Of a DNA stretch of 64,000 nt, positions 1-9,647 are shown piece by piece. The notes beneath the pieces are model-generated. The model had not been told where the DNA came from, made no database searches, and saw only the letters and a program-made list of their open reading frames with translations. Source of the DNA: Sulfurimonas sp. (GTDB lineage Bacteria; Campylobacterota; Campylobacteria; Campylobacterales; Sulfurimonadaceae); contig VMSZ01000010.1 in the NCBI GenBank assembly GCA_013791885.1, positions 5,869-69,868 of the forward strand. Reading direction: 5' to 3'. The translations under genes and the position numbers were made by a program. Position 1 is the first letter of the stretch; every line of letters begins with the position of its first letter.

Positions 1-180
1 TAATCCTGCATACGAACCTTCTAGAGCAGGTAAACAAGTCCATGTAGGAGCAAGAACATTTTCTTGCATACAGCGATAATCGTCGCTTGCAGCACCCGGT
101 ATGACTTCTTTGTCACTACATCCGGAAATTGACGCCGCAATCAAACCAGCAAGAGCGATTGATGATAAAGTTTTGAACAT
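1..180 (-). CDS. Lipoprotein, probably LPP20 family (5' part only; runs off the window)
   Basis: Manual translation MFKTLSSIALAGLIAASISG-CSDKEV...CMQENVLAPTWTCLP; lipobox ISG|C; AAGGA RBS upstream; not in the ORF track. Confidence 0.65.
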   Translation of the reverse strand, partial: MFKTLSSIALAGLIAASISGCSDKEVIPGAASDDYRCMQENVLAPTWTCLPALEGSYAGL

Positions 181-318
181 TTTTGAATCCTTAATAATAT
201 ATTGAGTGCTATGGTAGCACATAATTAAATATAATTTATTAACTATGACGTATTATTTAGATGTTTAAGCAAAAAAATAAGTTTCCTAAGTTTAGCTACA
301 TTCGATATACTTGCGTTT

Positions 319-759
319 ATGAAATATTATGCTTATGAAGAATTTAAAAACGATACAAACACCTTGATTTCCAAGGTAAAAGGTTTCCAGGCTGAAGCGA
401 TTCTAGCTATTGCCAGAGGCGGATTGACGCTCTCTCACGCAATGGCTGAGGGTTTAGACATTAGAGAGGTTCAGTCTATCCGAACTGAACTCTATGACAA
501 AACATGTAAGCGCGATAGTATCACTGTTTTTGACAGTTGTGAGTTTAAGAGTGTAAAAAGAGTTTTAGTTGTTGATGATATTGCGGACAGCGGAGAAACG
601 CTTGAAGTCATCATGAAGCATCTGCAGGAGAAATACAGCGAGATAGAGTTTAAATCTTGTACGCTGTTTTATAAAACAACGTCCATCTATGAACCTCATT
701 TTTGGGTGAATGAAGCGAATGACTGGATAGATTTTTTTTGGGAAAGAGATTTTAAATAA
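319..759 (+). CDS. Type I phosphoribosyltransferase (gpt/hpt-like)
   Basis: AIARGG and VLVVDDIADSGET PRPP-binding motifs; WIDFFWE tail. Confidence 0.85.
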   Translation: MKYYAYEEFKNDTNTLISKVKGFQAEAILAIARGGLTLSHAMAEGLDIREVQSIRTELYDKTCKRDSITVFDSCEFKSVKRVLVVDDIADSGETLEVIMKHLQEKYSEIEFKSCTLFYKTTSIYEPHFWVNEANDWIDFFWERDFK

Positions 760-762
760 TCT

Positions 763-1137
763 TTATTCTCTGTGCCCAGCATGCGTTTGGGTAAAATCTG
801 TTTCATAAATATAAGCAGAGATTGTCTCTAATGTCTCTTTGTCGTAGCCGAGTTCTGGCATGAGCTCATATTTATCTACCGCTTCTAGCATGATGGAACT
901 TTCTTTTTTTGGCTTAATCACCCAGTCTGACATATATTCCACAAAATTTTCTTTATTTGGAAAAGCTCTTAAATAGTTCTCTCTTACTTCCATGATGGAT
1001 GGCGCAGAGAGTGTTTTTGTTTCGGCGTGGCAGGTGATACAGTTGCCGTGAAAAAGCAGAGCACCCATTGAGTCTGCGTTTATGCTTGAGCTAAAGAGTA
1101 GAATAAAAGATGCCAGATAAAAATTATTTTTTAGCAT
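763..1137 (-). CDS. Periplasmic monoheme cytochrome c
   Basis: Signal peptide, CITCH heme motif, distal LMP Met ligand. Confidence 0.85.
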   Translation of the reverse strand: MLKNNFYLASFILLFSSSINADSMGALLFHGNCITCHAETKTLSAPSIMEVRENYLRAFPNKENFVEYMSDWVIKPKKESSIMLEAVDKYELMPELGYDKETLETISAYIYETDFTQTHAGHRE

Positions 1138-1876
1138 CTTTAATCATCTCATACGCCTGATTAATCTCTTGTGTTTTAGCTGTTGCTTCTTGCATATACG
1201 CTTCATCTTTGCCTTGAGACTTGATGATGTCAGGATGGTATTCGCGGATAAGTTTTCTGTAGGCTTTTTTAATCGTATCCATGTCATCACTTGCGTTTAC
1301 TCCTAAAAGTTTGTACGCATCGTTGATGTTTGCTTTTGGCTGTATGTTTTGCATCATCTTCTCAAATTTATCAAAGATTGCATGGTAAGTGTTTGGATCA
1401 AACTCAAGTGCCTGTGCGATTTTTTGAAGTATCTCTTCTTCACTTTTACTCACTTCTCCATCAACAAAGGCCAACTGGATTAAAAAGCCCATAAACTGCT
1501 GCGTTTTTGCTTTGTCGCGTTTGATGGAAGTAGCAAGCATATGTGCAATTTGTTCTGTGTTATGCAATACTTCTTTTTCTTCGTTAAAAATCTCTTTAAG
1601 TATCTCTTTGGTTTTGTGAGGTTCTGGAAAAACATTTGAAATGTCATCAAACATTATACCTATAAGCTGTGCTTCGAGCGCATCTACTCTGCCATCAGCT
1701 TTTGCAACCTTTGCAACAAGAGCCACAAAAAGGCCAAGTTCGCTTTTTTGCAGGGCTTCTTTAGTGACAGAAAAGTTTTTGAATGCTTCTTTGGAGTAGT
1801 CCGTGTAGCGAGAGTAGCTCTTAAAAATGTAATAAAAAACAGCAGCTAAAATAGCTAAAACGATGATATTTCCCAT
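1124..1876 (-). CDS. djlA: DjlA-like co-chaperone (TM, TerB-like domain, C-terminal J domain)
   Basis: AKVAKADGRV and AFVDG TerB-like motifs; YHPD J-domain motif; start moved to ATG 1876 behind an AAGGA RBS. Confidence 0.8.
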   Translation of the reverse strand: MGNIIVLAILAAVFYYIFKSYSRYTDYSKEAFKNFSVTKEALQKSELGLFVALVAKVAKADGRVDALEAQLIGIMFDDISNVFPEPHKTKEILKEIFNEEKEVLHNTEQIAHMLATSIKRDKAKTQQFMGFLIQLAFVDGEVSKSEEEILQKIAQALEFDPNTYHAIFDKFEKMMQNIQPKANINDAYKLLGVNASDDMDTIKKAYRKLIREYHPDIIKSQGKDEAYMQEATAKTQEINQAYEMIKDAKK

Positions 1877-1931
1877 GATTATCCTTTGATTTGATGGCAA
1901 AATTATACATAGAAATGGCTACAATTCGCCC

Positions 1932-2819
1932 ATGAATAGAATTAAAAATTTAGATGCCGGCGTTAAATATATGCTTTTAGCCTCACTCACCTTTGCGTTT
2001 ATGGGAGCTTTTGCAAAACTCTCTTCTCTCTATATGCCCTCATTGGAAGTGGTTTTTTTTAGAAATATTGCGGGCGTAGTCCTCATAGGTTTGGCAGTTT
2101 TAAAAAAGCCGATGACGCACGTCGGCGGAAAGCCTTGGCTTCTTTTGTTTCGAGGTACCATGGGCTTTTTGGCTCTGCTTGCGTTTTTTTATAACATAGC
2201 GCATATTTCACTCGGGGACGCCATGACTTTTTCAAAAACCTCTACCATCTTTACGGCAATTTTTGCATGGATATTTTTAAAAGAAAAACTCACGTTTGCG
2301 GGTTGGCTGGCCATCGGGGTTGGTTTTGTGGGCATAGTGATGATAACGCAGCCAAGCGGCGTCGGTTTTTCCAAGTATGATCTGCTGGGAATTTTCAGCG
2401 GCATCGGTGCGGCACTTGCCTATACTTCCATACGAGAGTTAAAAAAATATTACGACACAAGAGCTATTGTTCTCTCTTTTATGGGCGTGGGAACAGCAGG
2501 GCCGATTCTGCTCTTTTTACTCTCGTCCTACATTACAATTCCAGAGCTAGATTTTATGCTCGGTGAGTTTGTGATGCCAAGCGGAGTTGTATGGTTTTAC
2601 GTGCTTGGTATGGGGCTTTTTGCAACACTCTCACAAGTACTTATGACAAAAGCTTACAGCCAAACGCAGGCCGGAATTGTGGCAACGGTGAGTTATATGA
2701 ACATTCCTTTTTCTATTGCCGTCGGAGTTATGCTTGGAGACTCGCTTCCAAGTATGGCGGTGACGTTTGGTATAGTGCTTATAATCCTTTCGGGCATTAT
2801 GGTTGCAAGGGCTAAGTAG
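1932..2819 (+). CDS. DMT/EamA family transporter
   Basis: About 10 hydrophobic segments; FLKEK motif; two EamA-like halves. Confidence 0.85.
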   Translation: MNRIKNLDAGVKYMLLASLTFAFMGAFAKLSSLYMPSLEVVFFRNIAGVVLIGLAVLKKPMTHVGGKPWLLLFRGTMGFLALLAFFYNIAHISLGDAMTFSKTSTIFTAIFAWIFLKEKLTFAGWLAIGVGFVGIVMITQPSGVGFSKYDLLGIFSGIGAALAYTSIRELKKYYDTRAIVLSFMGVGTAGPILLFLLSSYITIPELDFMLGEFVMPSGVVWFYVLGMGLFATLSQVLMTKAYSQTQAGIVATVSYMNIPFSIAVGVMLGDSLPSMAVTFGIVLIILSGIMVARAK

Positions 2820-2871
2820 ATGTTAAACCCATTATGATATAATCTTTTTCTATTTTTTAAAAGGCAAAAAG

Positions 2872-3663
2872 ATGAAATTACTCGCCGGACCTTGTGTTAT
2901 TGAGAGCGAAGAAAATATATTTAAAATAGCCAAAGCTATGGAGGTTTATCATAATGATCCTTCAATAGATTTCTATTTTAAATCTAGTTTTGACAAAGCA
3001 AACAGAACCTCACTTGAGAGTTTTCGTGGACTCGGCATTGACGAAGGTCTTCGAATTTTGCAAAAAGTAAAAGATGATTTCGGCTATAAAATAGTGACAG
3101 ATGTGCATGAGTCATGTCAGGTGGCTCAGGTTGCTGAGGTTGTAGATATGCTTCAGATACCTGCGTTTTTATGCCGTCAGACAGACTTGCTTGTTGCATG
3201 TGCAAAAACGACAAAAGAGGTAAACATCAAAAAAGGGCAGTTTATTAACCCTCCTGATATGAAATACTCTGTTGCAAAAGTACTCCAAACGCGAGGATGC
3301 AGCGAAGTAACGTATGAAAACTCTCAAAAGCACGGCGTTTATTTATGCGAAAGAGGAAGCTCTTTTGGTTATGGAAACATTGTTGTAGATATGCGCTCTC
3401 TTGTTATCATGAGAGAGTTTGCTCCGACTATTTTTGATGCGACGCACTCTGTTCAAATGCCGGGTGCACTTGGTGGAAAAACAGGCGGAGACAGCTCGAT
3501 GGTTCCATATTTGGCATCTGCTGCTGCGGCTGTTGGTGTTGATGGTTTCTTTTTTGAAACGCACTTTGACCCAAGCTGTGCTTTGAGTGACGGACCAAAT
3601 ATGATCAAGTTTGACGACTTGGCAAAATTAATAGCAAAAATTAAAAAAATACAACAAATATAG
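2872..3663 (+). CDS. kdsA: 3-deoxy-8-phosphooctulonate (KDO8P) synthase
   Basis: [36 protein letters not shown]. Confidence 0.97.
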   Translation: MKLLAGPCVIESEENIFKIAKAMEVYHNDPSIDFYFKSSFDKANRTSLESFRGLGIDEGLRILQKVKDDFGYKIVTDVHESCQVAQVAEVVDMLQIPAFLCRQTDLLVACAKTTKEVNIKKGQFINPPDMKYSVAKVLQTRGCSEVTYENSQKHGVYLCERGSSFGYGNIVVDMRSLVIMREFAPTIFDATHSVQMPGALGGKTGGDSSMVPYLASAAAAVGVDGFFFETHFDPSCALSDGPNMIKFDDLAKLIAKIKKIQQI

Positions 3664-3770
3664 TCTCTCTTTTGAAAAAAGAGTAGCTTCAGTGGCCTTA
3701 GCGGCCGTAGCGGAGCAAAAGGGACTTGTTCCTTTTGCGGACAAATAATAGGGAAAAGGTTCCCTTGAAT
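3662..3770. repeat. Intergenic multi-hairpin element between kdsA and ribH
   Basis: Successive inverted repeats ctctctttt/aaaaagag, ggcc/ggcc, gcaaaaggga/tccttttgc, agggaa/ttccct; locally GC-rich. Confidence 0.45.
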
Positions 3771-3798
3771 TTTATGAAATAAAATATAAGGAAAAAAG

Positions 3799-4263
3799 AT
3801 GAAACTAGTTGAAGGTAAATTAAAAGTAGTTAACGGCAAGAGAATTGCAATCGTAAGCACAAGATGGAATCACTTTATTGTTGACAGACTTGTAGAAGGT
3901 GCAAAAGATGCATTCGCACGTCATGGCGGAAATGATGAAGATTTAACGCATGTTTTAGTTCCGGGTGCATTTGAGCTTCCAATGGTAATTGACCAAATAC
4001 TTGCAAGCGGCAAATATGACGCTGTATGTGCTTTGGGTGCTGTTATCCGTGGGGCAACTCCTCACTTTGATTATGTATCTGCCGAAGCTACAAAAGGGAT
4101 TGCAACTATCTCTTTAAAACACAGAAAACCTGTATCTTTTGGACTTTTGACAACAGACACTATTGAGCAGTCTATTGAGCGTGCGGGAACAAAAGCAGGA
4201 AACAAAGGTTTTGAAGCGATGACAGTTGTTATTGAACTTTTAGACCTTTATGAGGTACTGTAA
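3799..4263 (+). CDS. ribH: 6,7-dimethyl-8-ribityllumazine synthase
   Basis: [27 protein letters not shown]. Confidence 0.97.
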   Translation: MKLVEGKLKVVNGKRIAIVSTRWNHFIVDRLVEGAKDAFARHGGNDEDLTHVLVPGAFELPMVIDQILASGKYDAVCALGAVIRGATPHFDYVSAEATKGIATISLKHRKPVSFGLLTTDTIEQSIERAGTKAGNKGFEAMTVVIELLDLYEVL

Positions 4264-4664
4264 TGGCAACGAGACACCACGCCCGTATGGCTGTAGTGAG
4301 TCTTTTATATGCATATGATTTGGGGAATGGAAGCATTGCTGAACATACAGATGAGATTTTAGAAGAGAAAAAAATCCGTAACAAACAAAAAGATTTTGCT
4401 TTAGCGCTTTTTGACGGGGTTATGAAAAATTTGGAAGTATGTGACAAAGCAATTATAACGCACCTAAAAGAGTGGGATTTTGAGAGACTAGGCTCTATTG
4501 AGAGAGCAACACTCAGACTTGCAGCGTATGAGATACTTTTTGGCGAACTTGATTCGGCTGTTGTCATTAACGAAGCGGTTGAGATTACAAAAGCATTTGG
4601 AACAGAGCAGTCACCGAAGTTTATTAACGGTGTCTTAGATGCGATATCTAAAGACAAACAATAG
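4263..4664 (+). CDS. nusB: Transcription antitermination factor NusB
   Basis: INEAVEITK and KFINGVLD motifs; follows ribH. Confidence 0.95.
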   Translation: MATRHHARMAVVSLLYAYDLGNGSIAEHTDEILEEKKIRNKQKDFALALFDGVMKNLEVCDKAIITHLKEWDFERLGSIERATLRLAAYEILFGELDSAVVINEAVEITKAFGTEQSPKFINGVLDAISKDKQ

Positions 4665-4722
4665 TCATTAACTTTATATGATTTTGCTATAAATTTTTAA
4701 AATTAATATATAAAGTAGTTTT

Positions 4723-5772
4723 ATGAAAAGATTGACAAAAGAAGAAGCACTTGATTTAATTAAAAACGCAGATCTCAAAGAACTTGGCCGCATGGCAAGT
4801 GCAAGAAAAAAAGAGCTCCATCCTGAAGGTATTACGACTTTTGTAGTTGATAGAAATATCAATTACACAAACATCTGTTGGGTAGACTGCAAGTTTTGTG
4901 CATTTTACAGACATGAAAAAGATGCAGATGCTTATGTACTTACGTACGAAGAGATAGATGCCAAGATTGATGAGCTTTTGGAGATTGGCGGGACACAGAT
5001 ACTTTTTCAAGGCGGTGTGCATCCTAAACTCAAAATTGAGTGGTATGAGGATTTAGTTGAACACATTCATCTGAAATACCCGCAAATTACTATCCATGGA
5101 TTTTCTTCGATTGAAATAGATTTCATTGCCAAAGTTTCTCGCATTACTGTAGAAGAAGTGCTCGCACGTTTAAAAGCAAAAGGCTTGGCTTCTATTCCAG
5201 GAGCCGGAGCAGAAATTCTAAGCGACAAAGTTCGTGATATTATCGCACCTAAAAAGATAGATTCTGATGTTTGGGTAGATATCCACAGAAAAGCGCATAA
5301 ACTTGATATAAAATCAACTGCTACCATGATGTACGGGACAGTTGAAACAGATGAAGACATCATCGACCATTTCGACATGATACGTAATCTTCAAGATGAA
5401 ACGGGCGGTTTTCGCGCTTTCATTATGTGGAGTTTTCAAGGCAAGCATACAGAACTTTTAGCACAGATTCCGGATATGGAAAAACCATCCTCAAACCGAT
5501 ACCTGCGTTTACTCGCAGTGGCACGTTTGTATCTTGACAATGTTCCGAACATTCAAAGTTCATGGGTAACACAAGGGCCGTACATCGGTCAGATGGCGCT
5601 GCGTTTTGGTGCGAATGATTTGGGTTCGACCATGATGGAAGAAAATGTTGTTAGCTCTGCCGGTGCCGCATACACAATGGCAAAAAGTGAGATGGTGCAT
5701 CTTATTCAAGACATCGGAGAAAAAGCTGCGGTGAGAAATACGGCGTATGAAATTTTAGAGAAATTCGCATAG
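4723..5772 (+). CDS. mqnC: Dehypoxanthine futalosine cyclase (radical SAM)
   Basis: RNINYTNICWVDCKFCAF (CxxxCxxC), PGAGAEIL, GANDLGSTMMEENVV. Confidence 0.9.
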   Translation: MKRLTKEEALDLIKNADLKELGRMASARKKELHPEGITTFVVDRNINYTNICWVDCKFCAFYRHEKDADAYVLTYEEIDAKIDELLEIGGTQILFQGGVHPKLKIEWYEDLVEHIHLKYPQITIHGFSSIEIDFIAKVSRITVEEVLARLKAKGLASIPGAGAEILSDKVRDIIAPKKIDSDVWVDIHRKAHKLDIKSTATMMYGTVETDEDIIDHFDMIRNLQDETGGFRAFIMWSFQGKHTELLAQIPDMEKPSSNRYLRLLAVARLYLDNVPNIQSSWVTQGPYIGQMALRFGANDLGSTMMEENVVSSAGAAYTMAKSEMVHLIQDIGEKAAVRNTAYEILEKFA

Positions 5773-7056
5773 ATGAAAAAAATATTTTATACATTTTTAA
5801 TTTTAGGACAAATACTTATGGCAGCAAAAATTGATTTTTTAGAGACAAGCGGTTTAAAAATACCAATTATTTATGAGCAGGACAAACGACTTCCTTTGGT
5901 GACACTGCAGTTTACTTTTACAAACAGCGGAAGCATAACAGACGTCTCAAAGGCAGGTCTGGCAAAATTTAGCGCAAAGATTATGAATGAAGGAACAAAA
6001 GAGTTAGGCAGTTCTGCGTTTGCAGAAGCTTTAGAAGCCAAAGCAATTCACATATCTGCTCATTCAGGTACTGAGACTTTTATTGTAGAACTTGGCTGTC
6101 TGAGTGAAAATTTTGATGAGGGACTTGAGCATTTTGATGCACTTTTAAAAAGTCCAAATGTAAGTCAAGAATCAGTAGACAAAGTAAAAACAATGACTCT
6201 CGGTGCCCTGAGCAGAAAAGAGAATGACTTTGATTACATCGCAGGAAATGAACTCAATGCACTTTTGTTTGAAGGAAGCGTTTTGGCTCAGCCCTCTTCA
6301 GGAACTATGGAAAGTGTAAAGTCAATTGAGCTTAAAGATGTAGAAAATTTTGTTCGTACAAATCTTGTAAGTTCAAAGCTTATCGTTGTTCTTGGCGGAG
6401 ATATTGACCTTGAAGTTGCAAAGAAAAAAATAGCAAAAGTTATTGATTCTATGAACAAAGGTTCATCGAGCGAAGTTATCAATGTTCAAGCAAGTAAAGA
6501 GCAAAAAGAGAAGATTTTAAAAAGAGATACGGAACAGGCTTATGTCTATTTCGGTTCTCCATACAATATGAGTGCAGATGATGAAGAGCAGTATAAAGCC
6601 AGAGTCGCTACTTTCATTTTAGGAACTGGCGGTTTTGGTTCTCGTTTAATGGAAGAAGTACGCGTTAAACGCGGTCTTGCATATTCGGCATATGCACGTA
6701 CAAATATTACAAAGTCAAGCAGTTCATTTAACGGTTATTTACAAACAAAACTTGATTCTTTAGAGGAAGCGAGAACAACTGTTAACTCTGTGATTGCAGA
6801 CTTTGTGAGGGATGGTGTGACGCAAGATGAACTCGAGCAAACACAGAAGTTTTTACTTGGAAGTGAACCGCTGAGAGTTGAGACTATGAGCCAAAGACTT
6901 AACCGTACTTTTTTAGAGTACTATAAAGGTCAAGAACTTGGTTTTGCGGCAATAGAGTTAGAAAAAATCAAGAACTTAAAACTTGAAGATTTAAATGCAT
7001 TTATAAAAAAACATACCGAGATAGTTAATCTTAGTTATTCGATTGTGACCAAATAA
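5773..7056 (+). CDS. M16 family peptidase-like protein (no HxxEH; probably the non-catalytic subunit)
   Basis: GGFGSRLMEEVRVKRGLAYS motif; N-terminal signal-like segment. Confidence 0.85.
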   Translation: MKKIFYTFLILGQILMAAKIDFLETSGLKIPIIYEQDKRLPLVTLQFTFTNSGSITDVSKAGLAKFSAKIMNEGTKELGSSAFAEALEAKAIHISAHSGTETFIVELGCLSENFDEGLEHFDALLKSPNVSQESVDKVKTMTLGALSRKENDFDYIAGNELNALLFEGSVLAQPSSGTMESVKSIELKDVENFVRTNLVSSKLIVVLGGDIDLEVAKKKIAKVIDSMNKGSSSEVINVQASKEQKEKILKRDTEQAYVYFGSPYNMSADDEEQYKARVATFILGTGGFGSRLMEEVRVKRGLAYSAYARTNITKSSSSFNGYLQTKLDSLEEARTTVNSVIADFVRDGVTQDELEQTQKFLLGSEPLRVETMSQRLNRTFLEYYKGQELGFAAIELEKIKNLKLEDLNAFIKKHTEIVNLSYSIVTK

Positions 7057-7082
7057 ATATTTCAAAATGCAATATTTATTTT

Positions 7083-7118
7083 CTTAGGTTAAAAAAGTAG
7101 CTACTCTTTTAACCTAAG
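7083..7118. repeat. Near-perfect 36-bp palindrome overlapping the recG RBS
   Basis: cttaggttaaaa-a-agtagctact-c-ttttaacctaag, one mismatch. Confidence 0.75.
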
Positions 7119-7126
7119 GATGAAAA

Positions 7127-8923
7127 ATGAATCTTACAAAAGAGCAAGCAGTAAAATTTAAAAAATTGGGCATCAACAGCTTTAGCGAGCTTGCTCTTTG
7201 TATTCCCCACTCCTATGAAGATTATACACTTCGTGACAAACTTCAGATTCATAAAACTCAACTCATTGACGCGACCGTTGAGTCTGTTTACCGTTCTCCC
7301 AACTCTCTGCAAATTACATTTTACGCACATAATTTCGGACACCATGTAATGGGTGTTTTATTTCGTCCAAAACCCTATATGATGCATCAGTTTATTGTCG
7401 GTGAGAGAGATTACTATTATGGTCTTATAGAGTGTAAAGTAGGGCATTGCAGTATGAGTATGCCAAGAAAGGTAGGCAGTTCAGGAGGTATTGCTCCTAA
7501 GTACAAGTGTGGGTTGCGTAGTGACGTAATGTTGCGTTTAGTTCAAACCGCTTTAAACGCAGAGAATTTACGAGGTGAAGGTTTAAGTGAAAAGGTAATA
7601 AACGCAGTCTTGAAACTACATTTTCCTGATGAAACTATTTTCGAAAGCAAAGAGCTCTCAAAAGAGTCTTTGGACGCTCTCAAATATATAGAACTTTTCA
7701 CCTACATGAAACAGTTGTCCGCAAAAAGACGCTATTTTGAGGCGCTTAAAAGTCCAAAATCTAAGTACGACAAGTGGGCAAAAACACTTCCTTTTGAATT
7801 GACAGCAGAGCAGATAAACGCGATAGAAGAGATACAAAAAGATATTTCAAAAGATATCGCAGCAAAACGCATGGTTGTCGGCGATGTTGGAAGCGGAAAA
7901 ACAATGGTAATTTTAGCCTCTGCGTTTATGATGGCTCCACACCGTTCAATACTTATGGCTCCGACTACCATTTTGGCAAACCAGCTTTTTGAAGAGGCAC
8001 AGAAGTTTTTGCCAAATTTGAGAACTGTTTTAGTAACCAACAAAACGAAAAAAGTAGACTTAAGCGAATATGATTTCATCATAGGAACACATGCACTTTT
8101 ATATAGAGAGTTACCAGAAGCAGGGCTTGTCATGGTAGATGAACAACACCGTTTCGGGACACAGCAGAGAAATATGTTGGATAAACTTGTAAGCGAGGGA
8201 CCGAGAAAACCGCACTTTTTACAGTTCTCTGCAACACCCATACCAAGAACGCAGGCCATGATAGAGACGGCACACATAGATGTCTCTCTCATTACATCAA
8301 CTCCATTTACTAAAGACATTGACTCCAAGGTAATTCATAAGAGTGACTTCAAAGAGTTGCTTGTAAAAATTAAAGAAGAAATAGCAGAGGGGAATCAAGT
8401 TTTGCTTGTTTATCCGCTTGTTGAGCAGAGCGAGATGATAGAGTATCAAAGCATAGATGAAGCACGTGTATACTGGGAGAAAAACTTTGATGGCGTTTAT
8501 GTGACGCATGGCAAAGACAAAGAAAAAGAGCAGGTGCTTTTTGATTTTAGAGAAAACGGAAAAATCCTTATTGCCACTACGGTTGTAGAGGTTGGAATCT
8601 CACTTCCTAGACTTACAACCGTGGTGATAGTAGGCGCTGAGAGATTAGGGCTCTCTACGCTTCATCAGTTACGTGGACGTGTGAGCCGTGCAGGTTTAAA
8701 GGGCTATTGTTATCTTTATACAAACAAAAATAGTTCTGAAAGACTTGATGAGTTTGTCAACACGACAAGCGGATTTGACATAGCAAACCTTGATTTGAAG
8801 TTTAGAAAAAGCGGTGATTTACTTAAAGGCGCCAACCAGAGCGGTACACAATTTCGTTTTGTTGACTTGGTGGAAGACGAAGAGATAGTTAGAAGTGTCA
8901 AAAATGATTTAAAATTGAAATAA
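7127..8923 (+). CDS. recG: ATP-dependent DNA helicase RecG
   Basis: GDVGSGKT, DEQHRFG, SATPIPRT, LHQLRGRVSR. Confidence 0.95.
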   Translation: MNLTKEQAVKFKKLGINSFSELALCIPHSYEDYTLRDKLQIHKTQLIDATVESVYRSPNSLQITFYAHNFGHHVMGVLFRPKPYMMHQFIVGERDYYYGLIECKVGHCSMSMPRKVGSSGGIAPKYKCGLRSDVMLRLVQTALNAENLRGEGLSEKVINAVLKLHFPDETIFESKELSKESLDALKYIELFTYMKQLSAKRRYFEALKSPKSKYDKWAKTLPFELTAEQINAIEEIQKDISKDIAAKRMVVGDVGSGKTMVILASAFMMAPHRSILMAPTTILANQLFEEAQKFLPNLRTVLVTNKTKKVDLSEYDFIIGTHALLYRELPEAGLVMVDEQHRFGTQQRNMLDKLVSEGPRKPHFLQFSATPIPRTQAMIETAHIDVSLITSTPFTKDIDSKVIHKSDFKELLVKIKEEIAEGNQVLLVYPLVEQSEMIEYQSIDEARVYWEKNFDGVYVTHGKDKEKEQVLFDFRENGKILIATTVVEVGISLPRLTTVVIVGAERLGLSTLHQLRGRVSRAGLKGYCYLYTNKNSSERLDEFVNTTSGFDIANLDLKFRKSGDLLKGANQSGTQFRFVDLVEDEEIVRSVKNDLKLK

Positions 8924-8933
8924 CTTCACCTTA

Positions 8934-9009
8934 ATACGACTAAAGTCGTATCTCCTAGATGATGTGGTTTGAACTTCATCAAGGCTTGGAGATGAGGCTT
9001 TAGCCTCAT
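8934..9009. repeat. Inverted pair of REP-like palindromes
   Basis: Minus-strand TAGGAGATACGACTTTAGTCGTAT (8934-8957) and plus-strand TTGGAGATGAGGCTTTAGCCTCAT (8986-9009) share the GGAGAT flank and CTTTAG loop. Confidence 0.6.
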
Positions 9010-9020
9010 TTTGTACGACT

Positions 9021-9050
9021 CAAGAGAGGGTTTCTAGAGATACTCTCTTG
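9021..9050. terminator. Hairpin between convergent recG and hpf
   Basis: caagagag...ctctcttg stem. Confidence 0.5.
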
Positions 9051-9059
9051 CTATAATGG

Positions 9060-9590
9060 CTAGTATAAACCGTACGAACCGTTACTTTTTTTGTATAAAA
9101 CGCGGCTTTTACCTTCGTTGTCTATAAAGATATCAAATACTTTTGTGCTCTCTTTAAGATCAGCCAAAACATCTTCAACTTCACGAGGCTCTAGAGAAAG
9201 AGTTACAGGAACGATTTCGTCTTCCATTGCTTCTGCAGCATCTTTAACGTCAACGGCCTCAGCCTTAACTTCATTCATGCCAACTTTGTGGTGAGTAACA
9301 TCACGGTCGTGCATACGACGCATAGCTTTTTGAGCTCTTGCTGTCGCTAAATCAATAGCAGCATACAAATCATCATCACTTTGTTTGATAATAATAGAGT
9401 TTTTGTGAGCCAAGTTAATAACATACTCAACACATAAGTGGTCTTTACCTTTTTTATTTTGAGCAGATGCGATAACGTTTACAGAGATAATATCCATGTG
9501 AAATTTGCTAAGTGTATCTATAGAAGTGTTCATGTGAGCTTTGATAGCATCAGTAAGCTCAACATGTCTTCCAGTTAATGAAATATTCAT
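9060..9590 (-). CDS. hpf: Ribosome hibernation factor (long HPF/RaiA)
   Basis: MNISLTGRHVELTDAIK, DLYAAID, C-terminal VLYKKSNGSYGL. Confidence 0.9.
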   Translation of the reverse strand: MNISLTGRHVELTDAIKAHMNTSIDTLSKFHMDIISVNVIASAQNKKGKDHLCVEYVINLAHKNSIIIKQSDDDLYAAIDLATARAQKAMRRMHDRDVTHHKVGMNEVKAEAVDVKDAAEAMEDEIVPVTLSLEPREVEDVLADLKESTKVFDIFIDNEGKSRVLYKKSNGSYGLY

Positions 9591-9647
9591 TACTAGTCCT
9601 TGTTGTTTAAATGAAAAAAAATTATAGCATTAAAAGGTTTATAAGAC

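Noticed and set aside
2053..2060. Homopolymer tracts (T8 here, A8 near 59273) as phase-variation sites
   Set aside because: A/T runs are expected in AT-rich DNA, reading frames are intact, and no long poly-G/C tracts were seen
3662..3798. FMN riboswitch upstream of ribH
   Set aside because: Lacks the conserved GGGCAGGGUGAAAUUCCC..ACCGGCGGU core; the hairpins do not match
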